Positions 53,778 to 62,568 of a DNA stretch of 64,000 bases are shown here, in pieces. A model generated the notes under the pieces. It was not told the origin of the DNA. It did not search any database and saw nothing but the letters and a program-made list of their open reading frames with translations. Origin of the DNA: Candidatus Saccharimonadota bacterium (GTDB taxonomy: Bacteria > Patescibacteriota > Saccharimonadia > Saccharimonadales > JACDBH01); the NCBI GenBank assembly GCA_028289135.1, contig JAQGGW010000002.1:36255-100254 (forward strand). Reading direction: 5' to 3'. The stretch's first letter is position 1, and every line of letters starts with the position of its first letter. The translations under genes and the position numbers were made by a program.

Positions 53778-55523
53778 TTAATCCTCTAAGAAGCCGCCGG
53801 ATTGGTGCGCCCAGAGCCGTGCGTAGGTGGCTTTATTCTTAAGCAAATCTGTATGCGAGCCCTCTTCAACTATTGTGCCTTTGTCTAACACCACGATCCT
53901 ATCCATGCGCTGGATGGTGCTGAGGCGGTGGGCAATGACAATGGTAGTTTTATCCATCATGAGTTCTTTTAGTGCTGCTTGGATAAGGACTTCGCTTTCA
54001 GAATCCAATGAGCTTGTTGCCTCGTCTAAAATCAAAATCGGCGCGTCCTTTAATATTGCCCGGGCAATCGCCACCCGCTGTCTTTGACCACCAGAAAGTT
54101 TTATCCCGCGTTCACCAACAAGAGTGTCGTAGCCATGCGGCAGTGTTTCAATAAAATCATGGGCGTTAGCTTTTTTGGCGGCTGCAACGACTTCTTCATC
54201 GCTGGAGCCTGGTTTGCTGTAGCGGATATTTTCCCTGATCGAGCGGTGAAACATCAGTGTATCTTGAGGGACATAGGCAATCGCGCTTCGTAAATCGTCC
54301 TGGCGGACATCAGCAATAGCCTGCCCATCAATCAAAATCTCACCAGACCTTAGGTCCATAAAACGCAGCAACAGTTTTGTAATCGTGGTTTTGCCGCCTC
54401 CGCTGGGACCTACCAGACCAACTTTTTCACCAGGAGTAATCATAAGGTTTAGTGAATTAAACAAGGTGTTGCTTTGGCCGCCGTAGTCAAAACAAACATC
54501 TTTAAATTCAACAGAGCCTTTTGTTACTTTTAGCGCCACTGGATGATCAGGATCTTTAACTTTTGCTTCACGCATTAGAAGCTCAGTCATCTCATGAGCG
54601 TCACCAAGCAGGCCTTCAAACTGCCTAACAAACAGGCTGGTCTTTGCGATACTGTCGACAATGCGGAGAACATAGACTTCAAACAAAAGGAAGATAGGCA
54701 GGCTCACGCTGCCCGACTGCACGGCGCGAATTCCGCCAACAACGACGATAACTTGCAACAGGCCGCACAAAAGCTGCACAGCATAATGGTTTCGGACGCC
54801 AACGGTCCAGCTTCTGTCAAAAAGTTTCATCCTGGCAGTGTTGGTAAGGCTATATCTTTTAGCCTCATATTTTTTGCCAGAAAAGGTTTTTACAGTCACG
54901 GCGTTGGTGACGGAATCGGCCAATTCACCCGTTTGCCTGGTTTCTTCGGCCACAGCGCGCCTTCGGACTGGCATGCGCCTGATGGCGAGGTAGATAACAA
55001 TGCCTACGGAGCCCAGCCAACACACCAAAACGGCCAGTCCAATCGGCACGCTGTAATAAAACATGATTGCCAGCGCAATAACCACCGACCATAGCTGTCC
55101 AATCATATCCAAGAAAAGGGTGTTATGAAACAGCTCAAAAGCTTTCGCGAACCGGTTTGCCTGGGAAACTAATGAGCCGCCAAAGTTGTCGTTAAAAAAG
55201 TCGTATTCTTGGTTAAGCAACACATCAAAGCTTTTGGTATGAATATCGCGAATTATCTGAAGCGCCGTTGGCTTTGAACCGTAAGTATCCGCTAAGTACC
55301 ACATGGTTGCGCCAAAAAATAGCGACAAAGCCGTTAGCCATATATAACTTGTACTAACTTGATGGTGCGCTACTAATTGACCCAAAATTTTGGCTACAAA
55401 AAACGGGGCCACAATAGTCTGGAGCATATAGGCTGGTCCGAGTAACGAGCTTATAAACACGATCAGTTTGTGCCTTCGCATATGCGACCCAAATATTTGA
55501 AGTGTTTTTATACCTGTAGACAT
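53778..55523 (-). CDS. ABC exporter, fused permease and ATPase (type I exporter half-transporter), third of three
   Basis: It has six N-terminal TM helices, Walker A GPSGGGKTT, signature LSGGQRQR and Walker B ILILDEATS. Confidence 0.9.
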   Translation of the reverse strand: MSTGIKTLQIFGSHMRRHKLIVFISSLLGPAYMLQTIVAPFFVAKILGQLVAHHQVSTSYIWLTALSLFFGATMWYLADTYGSKPTALQIIRDIHTKSFDVLLNQEYDFFNDNFGGSLVSQANRFAKAFELFHNTLFLDMIGQLWSVVIALAIMFYYSVPIGLAVLVCWLGSVGIVIYLAIRRMPVRRRAVAEETRQTGELADSVTNAVTVKTFSGKKYEAKRYSLTNTARMKLFDRSWTVGVRNHYAVQLLCGLLQVIVVVGGIRAVQSGSVSLPIFLLFEVYVLRIVDSIAKTSLFVRQFEGLLGDAHEMTELLMREAKVKDPDHPVALKVTKGSVEFKDVCFDYGGQSNTLFNSLNLMITPGEKVGLVGPSGGGKTTITKLLLRFMDLRSGEILIDGQAIADVRQDDLRSAIAYVPQDTLMFHRSIRENIRYSKPGSSDEEVVAAAKKANAHDFIETLPHGYDTLVGERGIKLSGGQRQRVAIARAILKDAPILILDEATSSLDSESEVLIQAALKELMMDKTTIVIAHRLSTIQRMDRIVVLDKGTIVEEGSHTDLLKNKATYARLWAHQSGGFLED

Positions 55524-55539
55524 AACGTTATTGTACCAG

Positions 55540-57315
55540 TTACTCTTCTATAAAACCGCCGGATTGGTGGTTCCATAGCTTTGCGTAAGTGCCCTTAGCT
55601 TTTAGAAGTTCCTCGTGCGTGCCTTGTTCGACAATCTGCCCTTTGTCCATAACAATAATCTTGTCCATGTGCCGCAGTGTAGAAAGCCGGTGGGCTATGG
55701 CAATGACCGTTTTGTGTTCCCATAAAGCTTCCAAGCCCTGCTGTACTAAGACTTCACTCTCAGAGTCGAGCGCACTTGTCGCCTCGTCTAAAATTAACAA
55801 TGGCTTGTTGTCCAAGAGCGCGCGTGCGATGGCAATCCTTTGGCGTTGTCCTGCCGAAAGTTTTACGCCGCGCTCCCCAACCAGTGCGTCATAACCATCG
55901 CTAATCTGCGAAATAAACTCGTGGGCATGGGCTTTTTTAGCGGCTTCAATAATATCCGCACGGGTAACCTCCTGGTCCGTCGCATAGGCGATATTTTCTG
56001 CCACACTGCGATGAAACAAGCTTGTGTCTTGTGGTACGTATGAAATTAATTTCGCAAGGTCATGTCCGCTAATATTACTGCCATCAAGCAAAATCTGATC
56101 TCCAGATATTTCGTAGTAACCCAGCAAAAGTTTGGTAAGCGTCGTTTTGCCGCTACCGCTTCGCCCTACAATACCGAGTTTTTCGCCTTTTTTAAGGCTC
56201 AGATTAATATTATTAAGCACATTGGTATCGAGCTTATCTGGGTAGGCAAAGTATAGATTATTAAGCTTTAATTCATGCTCAAAAACCAGTGTTTTAGAAA
56301 TTACAGCGTGGTTTTCTTTATTGTTTACGACAGCATGTTCATCACCAAATAAATAACGGTGTGCCTCTTCAATCCGTGAAAGCCGCAAATTAAACTGCGA
56401 AAGATGCCAAACCAGTTGCCATACGGAGCTTGAGAATATAAGTATTGTTGAAAGCAATGTCGCAAGCTGGGAAATAGAGATTTGGTGGTGTAAAAACAGG
56501 TAAACATTCAGGCCAATAGTTGCTGGCCACATAATATCCCGCACAAAAAAGCCCATTGAACCCCAGAAGATTATTGACCAAACATAGGACTTATTGGCAG
56601 CTTTAATGGTTTTCTTTTGTTCTCCCACAATCATTGAGAGTTCAGCCGATTCTTTTTGGAATGACTTAATGTTTACAAAATTTGCTATGGCATCGATAAG
56701 CTTACCGTTTTTAGTAGATTGGACATCTGCAGAGATTTTTTCGTATTTTGTAGTGTTACGGATAGTACGCCGCCCCACTAGGAACATACATAGTATTCCA
56801 ACCAGGAATATAGCGCCGGTTTGCCAGTTAATTGAGGTCAAAATTATGGCAATTACAATCATCCCAACAAACTGGCTAGTGTATTCGTAAAAAAGATTAT
56901 CGACCAACCCGCGTATTTCTGTGGATATTGTGGTGATATAAGAAGAAATCTTGCCGGTAAATTTGTCGACAAAGTATGGATAGGGTTTTTCTATAACCTG
57001 TTTAAATAACACGTTTTCATACTCATAGCCAAGCGGTAAAATCAGCTTCATATGTACAAATTCACCCAAACGCCAGGTAAGGTTGTGGCCGCTGCTGCAG
57101 ATAATTAGCAGCCATACATATATCACTGCTTGGTGTCCGTTTACAGGGTTAGCTGCCAATACTCCAACAAGTTTTCCAATAAATAACGGCATTAGTGCAA
57201 GCAATATATTTGAACAAACAAAAACAATAAAAACAGTTGCGAAGCGCCGCTTGTAGTTGCGCACGTAACGGTAAAACGTCTGGATTGAGTAATAGGTTTT
57301 CTTATTTTTGCTCAT
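55540..57315 (-). CDS. ABC exporter half-transporter, second of three
   Basis: Walker A GRSGSGKTT, variant signature LSAGQRQR, and Walker B LLILDEATS. Confidence 0.9.
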   Translation of the reverse strand: MSKNKKTYYSIQTFYRYVRNYKRRFATVFIVFVCSNILLALMPLFIGKLVGVLAANPVNGHQAVIYVWLLIICSSGHNLTWRLGEFVHMKLILPLGYEYENVLFKQVIEKPYPYFVDKFTGKISSYITTISTEIRGLVDNLFYEYTSQFVGMIVIAIILTSINWQTGAIFLVGILCMFLVGRRTIRNTTKYEKISADVQSTKNGKLIDAIANFVNIKSFQKESAELSMIVGEQKKTIKAANKSYVWSIIFWGSMGFFVRDIMWPATIGLNVYLFLHHQISISQLATLLSTILIFSSSVWQLVWHLSQFNLRLSRIEEAHRYLFGDEHAVVNNKENHAVISKTLVFEHELKLNNLYFAYPDKLDTNVLNNINLSLKKGEKLGIVGRSGSGKTTLTKLLLGYYEISGDQILLDGSNISGHDLAKLISYVPQDTSLFHRSVAENIAYATDQEVTRADIIEAAKKAHAHEFISQISDGYDALVGERGVKLSAGQRQRIAIARALLDNKPLLILDEATSALDSESEVLVQQGLEALWEHKTVIAIAHRLSTLRHMDKIIVMDKGQIVEQGTHEELLKAKGTYAKLWNHQSGGFIEE

Positions 57316-57316
57316 A

Positions 57317-59104
57317 TTAATCCTCTAAGAAGCCGCCTGATTGGCGCTCCCATAACTTGGCGTAAACGCCTTTTTTATTTAACAAATCTTTGTGGCTGCC
57401 TTCTTCAACAATTTGTCCGTCGCCCAGCACAATAATCCGGTCCATTTTTTGGATGGTGCTCAGGCGGTGGGCAATGACGATGGCGGTGCGGCCTTCCATG
57501 AGCTTCCACAGTGCGTCCTGAATCAGCGCCTCACTTTCACTGTCTAGCGCGCTGGTGGCTTCGTCCAACACCAATATTGGGGCGTTTTTAATCATCGCCC
57601 GGGCAATGGCAATCCGCTGTCGCTGCCCGCCAGAAAGTTTGACACCGCGTTCGCCAACCACGGTGTCGTAGCCGTGCTGCAGGGTTTTAATAAACTCATG
57701 CGCGTGCGCCTTTTTGGAAATAGCGATAATTTCTTCTGGGTTGGCGTCGGGCTGGCCGTAGGCAATGTTTTCGGAAATAGTGCGGTGGAACAAAATCGGT
57801 TCCTGCGGCACATATGAAATGTTGCGGCGCAGGTCGGATTGTTTAACATTGGCAATATTTTGTCCGTCAATCAAGATCGCGCCGCCGTTAATGTCAGAAA
57901 AGCGTAACAAAATCCGGGTAAGCGAAGTTTTACCAGAGCCCGAATGCCCAACCAGCCCAACCTTTTCACCAGGGCTAATGCTAATATTAAGACCGTCAAA
58001 AATAGCTGAGGCTGCTCCCTTGTGCCTGAAAGTGACGTCATTAAAACTAATCGCCCCCTCATTCATGCGTGAAGTCTCGGGCTCTACTGGGTCTTTTATT
58101 TCAGCAGGACTGTTTAAAATCTGAACCATTGCACTGGCGTCGCCTATCGAGCGGTTGTAGTTGCGAAGAGCAGAGTTGCTAAAGCTAAAAAGTTGCTCGG
58201 TAATGCTGGATGCGTAGCTTAGGATCAAAAACACGGTGGCTAGGTCAGCCTTAAAGCTCACAATACTTACGATCGCGAGCGCTAAAGCCATTGTCTGCGT
58301 GGTGCGCGACACAGCACCAAAATAAAACATTTGTTTCATGTGGGCTCGCGTTAGCGCTTTTAATTTGCTACGAGTAAATTCGGTACGTTTTTCGAATTCT
58401 GTTTCCTCAAAATCTTCACCAGCAAAACTTTTTACGGCCATAACGTTTCCGACGACGTCTGCAAGGTAGCCAGATTGCTGGCTTTCGGCATCTGCGTGCA
58501 TAGCGCCGGATTCACGGATAGATTTTGAAAGTAAAAAAGCAACGGTAAGATAGATAGAGGCAAACAAAATAATAAACGCAACAAATAATGGAGCCCGTGG
58601 CAGCATAATTACGGCTACTAAGACGATAAATGAAATTAACCCAATGGTCGTATAGGCGGTAGTGTCGGCAATTCGGACATAGGCGCTCAAAAGCTTGTTG
58701 GTCTGCGACACCATTGAACCGCTAAAGTGGTTGGCATGAAAATCTGCGCTTTCGTTGGCAATATGGTTAAAGACTTCCTTGGCGATGTCTTTTTCTACTT
58801 TTGCTTCAAGCCCAAACACAAATATGTCAACTATCCGCCAGCTTACAAAACCCGTAAATAAAATTAGTCCTGCGTAGAGAAGAATAGAATGGCCAAAACT
58901 CTGCCATGGTTGATGCGCGACAAAGTCATGGGTTGAAAGCCGACGTATAACGTTAGCAACAATGAGCGGTGGCAAAATTTGGCCGCACAAAATAGTAACT
59001 GGAATCATAATCAGCGCGCCAAAAAAGCTTACTGGATATTTTTTAACGTGTCGCCAGTAGTAGCGGGCAACTTGTCTTGATTTAGTTTTGGAAGATGTGG
59101 GCAT
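57317..59104 (-). CDS. ABC exporter half-transporter, first of three
   Basis: Walker A GHSGSGKTS, signature LSGGQRQR, and Walker B ILVLDEATS. There is a 1-nt gap to the next gene. Confidence 0.9.
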   Translation of the reverse strand: MPTSSKTKSRQVARYYWRHVKKYPVSFFGALIMIPVTILCGQILPPLIVANVIRRLSTHDFVAHQPWQSFGHSILLYAGLILFTGFVSWRIVDIFVFGLEAKVEKDIAKEVFNHIANESADFHANHFSGSMVSQTNKLLSAYVRIADTTAYTTIGLISFIVLVAVIMLPRAPLFVAFIILFASIYLTVAFLLSKSIRESGAMHADAESQQSGYLADVVGNVMAVKSFAGEDFEETEFEKRTEFTRSKLKALTRAHMKQMFYFGAVSRTTQTMALALAIVSIVSFKADLATVFLILSYASSITEQLFSFSNSALRNYNRSIGDASAMVQILNSPAEIKDPVEPETSRMNEGAISFNDVTFRHKGAASAIFDGLNISISPGEKVGLVGHSGSGKTSLTRILLRFSDINGGAILIDGQNIANVKQSDLRRNISYVPQEPILFHRTISENIAYGQPDANPEEIIAISKKAHAHEFIKTLQHGYDTVVGERGVKLSGGQRQRIAIARAMIKNAPILVLDEATSALDSESEALIQDALWKLMEGRTAIVIAHRLSTIQKMDRIIVLGDGQIVEEGSHKDLLNKKGVYAKLWERQSGGFLED

Positions 59105-59283
59105 GGCGCTGGCCCTCCTAGGGTGCCGCGCTTAAATAAAATGAAATAACAAAAGAACTTTTATTTTAAATTTTTGTTTCCAAACAGGGTTTTTTGCCGC
59201 CTCGTTAATACTATTGATCTATCACTATACGCTTATGTAAACGGGCTGGCAAGTATTTTATTTTGAGGTTATAATAAGTGTAA

Positions 59284-60132
59284 ATGGAAAAAATCATCCT
59301 CTACTATAAATTTGTGCCCATTCCAGATACGGAGTCTGTCTTATTTTGGCAAAAAGCCTTATGCGAAAAATTAGGGTTAAAAGGCCGAATTTTGATTAGC
59401 GGCAAGGGGTTAAATGGGACTCTTGGCGGAGATATTAAGGCCCTAAAAGCCTACAAAAAGGCCATGAACGAGCACTCTCTCTTCGGTGAGATCGAATATA
59501 AGTGGAGCGACGGCAGTGCCGACGATTTTCCGAAACTCAGCATCAAGGTGCGCTCTGAGACCGTCACGCTCGGCTGGGAGCCCAATGTGGGTCAAAATGG
59601 TGTAATTGGGGGTGGCAAGCATCTAAAGCCCTCACAGGTCCATAAATTAGTCCAGGACAGGGGCGACGACGTTGTTTTCTTTGATGGCCGCAATAAATAC
59701 GAGGCCAGCATAGGCAAGTTTAAAAATGCCGTAGTACCAGATGTAAATACCTTCAAAGAGTACATGACCGAGCTAGACAAGCCAGAATACGACGAAATCA
59801 AGAAAAAGCCGGTTGTGACCTACTGCACCGGCGGTATCAGATGCGAAACTTTGAGCGCGCTTATGATCGAAAAAGGTTTTGAAGAGGTCTATCAGATGGA
59901 CGGCGGCATTGTAAAGTACGGCGAAGCATATAAGGATGAAGGATATTGGGAAGGGAAGCTGTTTGTGTTTGATAAACGCATGAAACTGGGCTTTTCTGGA
60001 GATTCTAAAGACATTGCCATGTGCGAAAAATGCGGCAAAAAAACTAGCAACCAAATCAATAGTACCAACATCCGCCGCCGCCTGCACATTGTGTGCGAAG
60101 CCTGCGCATTAACCTCGTTGATTAGAAAATAG
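59284..60132 (+). CDS. trhO: Rhodanese-domain tRNA uridine(34) hydroxylase (YceA/UPF0176 family)
   Basis: The N-terminus is ILYYKF..I.D, the rhodanese active-site loop is YCTGGIRCE, and there is a C-terminal Cys cluster (CEKCGKK...CEAC). Confidence 0.8.
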   Translation: MEKIILYYKFVPIPDTESVLFWQKALCEKLGLKGRILISGKGLNGTLGGDIKALKAYKKAMNEHSLFGEIEYKWSDGSADDFPKLSIKVRSETVTLGWEPNVGQNGVIGGGKHLKPSQVHKLVQDRGDDVVFFDGRNKYEASIGKFKNAVVPDVNTFKEYMTELDKPEYDEIKKKPVVTYCTGGIRCETLSALMIEKGFEEVYQMDGGIVKYGEAYKDEGYWEGKLFVFDKRMKLGFSGDSKDIAMCEKCGKKTSNQINSTNIRRRLHIVCEACALTSLIRK

Positions 60133-60174
60133 ATACTTGTAATTATATCGTAATTATGCTATAATTATACTGTT

Positions 60175-61161
60175 ATGTCAAACAATGGCTTTAATCTGTT
60201 ATACCTAAAGTCTCCATACAGGGATAGCGATGCTTCTACGCAAAAAACACAGGAAGCATATGGGTTTAAATTCGACCCTGTCGAAAAAGGTCAAATTGCC
60301 TTGGAAGCCACAACTCTTTTAGGAATTGTAAAGGATAGAGATCAGGCGCAGGAATGGCTTGTACGGGAGTTTACGGAACTTCGTGATGATTTAAACAAGA
60401 AAAAGGTAGTGTCTGAGGACCCTAAAACACGTAGGGTTGAACGATCACCGCTAGATGTTGCGCTAGAATTTGTCCGTAATCCTGAACATACTGCACGGTA
60501 TGTTAACCCTACATATGATTTGCCCAGCGTGACTACGCTTGAGCCCTTTCCGTCACTAAGTGGCTCAGGGTTTGCTGCCGCTGATCTCATGCGGAACGCA
60601 AGCGCAATGCGGTTTTTCGGCCGACGAGGACCACAGTACAGGGGGCTTTTGCATACAGACGGACGGACAAGTACATGGACTTATGAAAATCGTTTTAAGT
60701 TTAATACTTTTGGCGGTGAAAACTGGCTTAAGAGCAATGGCTACCCAAATCACGAAGGCGAGGTAATGGTAGTTCGGGCACTTATAGGGAAGGGCCATGT
60801 AACTCCAAACGAGTCTGACGCGCGCAAGAACGAGCGTCATGAAGTTGGGCTGTTACCTCAAAAATCGGGCAGAGAAATGGCGGAAGCATTAGACGGGTTA
60901 CAGGATAAGCTATCTATTCATGACATTGGAGTTTCGCGTCTCACATTATCTGACTATATTATTTTGAACGCAATGCGTGTTGTCGAAGGTGTACCGTTAG
61001 CGAGCGGCTTGGAGTTGCCTGGCTGGGGAAGCCGCAATATTTCTGTCAGCGCCCATCAAAATACGGTCTTTCTACAAGAGTCTGATAATCCTAGTCTAAG
61101 AAACACATATGGAACTGGAGTTGTGCTGACTCGTACCGCGCCGCAGCAAACAATATCTTAA
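60175..61161 (+). CDS. Hypothetical protein (328 aa, soluble)
   Basis: TGcTATAAT lies 9 nt upstream of the ATG; no recognisable motifs. Confidence 0.45.
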   Translation: MSNNGFNLLYLKSPYRDSDASTQKTQEAYGFKFDPVEKGQIALEATTLLGIVKDRDQAQEWLVREFTELRDDLNKKKVVSEDPKTRRVERSPLDVALEFVRNPEHTARYVNPTYDLPSVTTLEPFPSLSGSGFAAADLMRNASAMRFFGRRGPQYRGLLHTDGRTSTWTYENRFKFNTFGGENWLKSNGYPNHEGEVMVVRALIGKGHVTPNESDARKNERHEVGLLPQKSGREMAEALDGLQDKLSIHDIGVSRLTLSDYIILNAMRVVEGVPLASGLELPGWGSRNISVSAHQNTVFLQESDNPSLRNTYGTGVVLTRTAPQQTIS

Positions 61162-61249
61162 ATCTGTTAAAAGTGGTTCACATAATTGACCAAAATACCA
61201 TATTAGGTTACAATTAACAGATTGAATAAACCTGTAAGGATACTTTTTT

Positions 61250-62053
61250 GTGGCAAATAGATTAAGAAATAGACGTGAAAGCCACGACCAAAATTTATCT
61301 CCTGATAACCGGTCTCGCGAAATTCCATTAGGCAAAGCGGCAGGCGCGACCGGTCTTGGTGTCGCTGCGTTTGTGGGCGTTTTTTGGGGTATTAGACCTC
61401 TTGTGGAGAGAAACTACACACCCGACACGCTCATGAATTTGGGTGCAGTATTGATCTCTGCCTCGTCAATTTATGTAGGGTTTAGTAGGTATTCAGAAAA
61501 AGTAAGTGATATCCCACTAGATGAAACACAAATTAAAAACCGTCATAAGAGGCGTAGAATTGCGACTGGGGCGCTTGGTTTAGGCGTAATACTGGGTGCT
61601 GTTGGTTGGGGGGCAATTCTTGATCGTGCAGACCAGCCAAGAACTCCAGTAGCTGCATCGTCAACAAGTAGCACTTCAGGGACTTCTGAAACCTCAACTG
61701 TCACTACACTAACAATCCCGAAGGGTAAAAAAGATTTAAGTGATGGCTCAGGCTGCGAAATTTTGCATTATTTTGTTAATTCAGACACTCTCAAAACAAA
61801 TGCTGAAATGACTGAATGGCACGATAGCGTGAAGGAATTAAAACTAGAGTTGTCCGAAATGACCCCACCTCTTTATACCGGGTCAATTGATGGGAATGCA
61901 GACCACGCGCTAACACTTGGAGTTGATAAGCTGCAGGGAATGGTGGGGATACCCGTTGAACTGCCTTGGGATGATCCGACATGCAAAGCGACTGCGTTAG
62001 GTGATGGCGATCCTAACACAAATCTGGTCACAAACCCGCCTGCAGGTCATTAG
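61250..62053 (+). CDS. Hypothetical membrane protein (3 TM, Ser/Thr linker, C-terminal ectodomain)
   Basis: 267-aa ORF with a GTG start, three hydrophobic helices and an ASSTSSTSGTSETST linker. Confidence 0.45.
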   Translation: MANRLRNRRESHDQNLSPDNRSREIPLGKAAGATGLGVAAFVGVFWGIRPLVERNYTPDTLMNLGAVLISASSIYVGFSRYSEKVSDIPLDETQIKNRHKRRRIATGALGLGVILGAVGWGAILDRADQPRTPVAASSTSSTSGTSETSTVTTLTIPKGKKDLSDGSGCEILHYFVNSDTLKTNAEMTEWHDSVKELKLELSEMTPPLYTGSIDGNADHALTLGVDKLQGMVGIPVELPWDDPTCKATALGDGDPNTNLVTNPPAGH

Positions 62054-62093
62054 ACCAAAGTGGTATAATTAAACAATAAACCTTGGAGTTTGT

Positions 62094-62540
62094 ATGGGAA
62101 AAATTGGAAATACTTTAAAGAAACGTCACGCTATACCTTTATGGCTTATTGGTGGTGCGGCAATTGGCGCACTAATTGCTGCAAATAACGGTGATACTCA
62201 CGAGGCTGGCGTAAGTTTACATAATAAGATAGCTACCGCTGCACCTGTCGTAGGCAGTGTAGTTGGTGGTGGAGTTAACTTTGGCGAAGGTTTAGTTGGT
62301 GGAGATAGCGGAACTTTGCCATCAATCCGTATTAGCAACGGCAACACTTCTGAAACGACTCAAGTAACATTAGCAAATGGCAAAGAAGCGCCAACGCCAT
62401 ATAAGGGTGAAGGCTGGATTGAATTTTTGGAAGGAAGCTATGGAAAAACGTCAGAACAAGCACATGCATGTTATGGCTCGGTTATACTTCCTCACAATAT
62501 AGTTTTGCATGAAGTGCCAACCCTTGATCCTTGCGCATAA
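62094..62540 (+). CDS. Hypothetical N-terminally anchored Gly-rich protein
   Basis: 148 aa. TGgTATAAT and GGAG lie upstream. It has one TM and then a VVGSVVGGGVNFGEGLVGG segment. Confidence 0.45.
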   Translation: MGKIGNTLKKRHAIPLWLIGGAAIGALIAANNGDTHEAGVSLHNKIATAAPVVGSVVGGGVNFGEGLVGGDSGTLPSIRISNGNTSETTQVTLANGKEAPTPYKGEGWIEFLEGSYGKTSEQAHACYGSVILPHNIVLHEVPTLDPCA

Positions 62541-62568
62541 CGGGTATTGATATTGCTATAATAGATAA

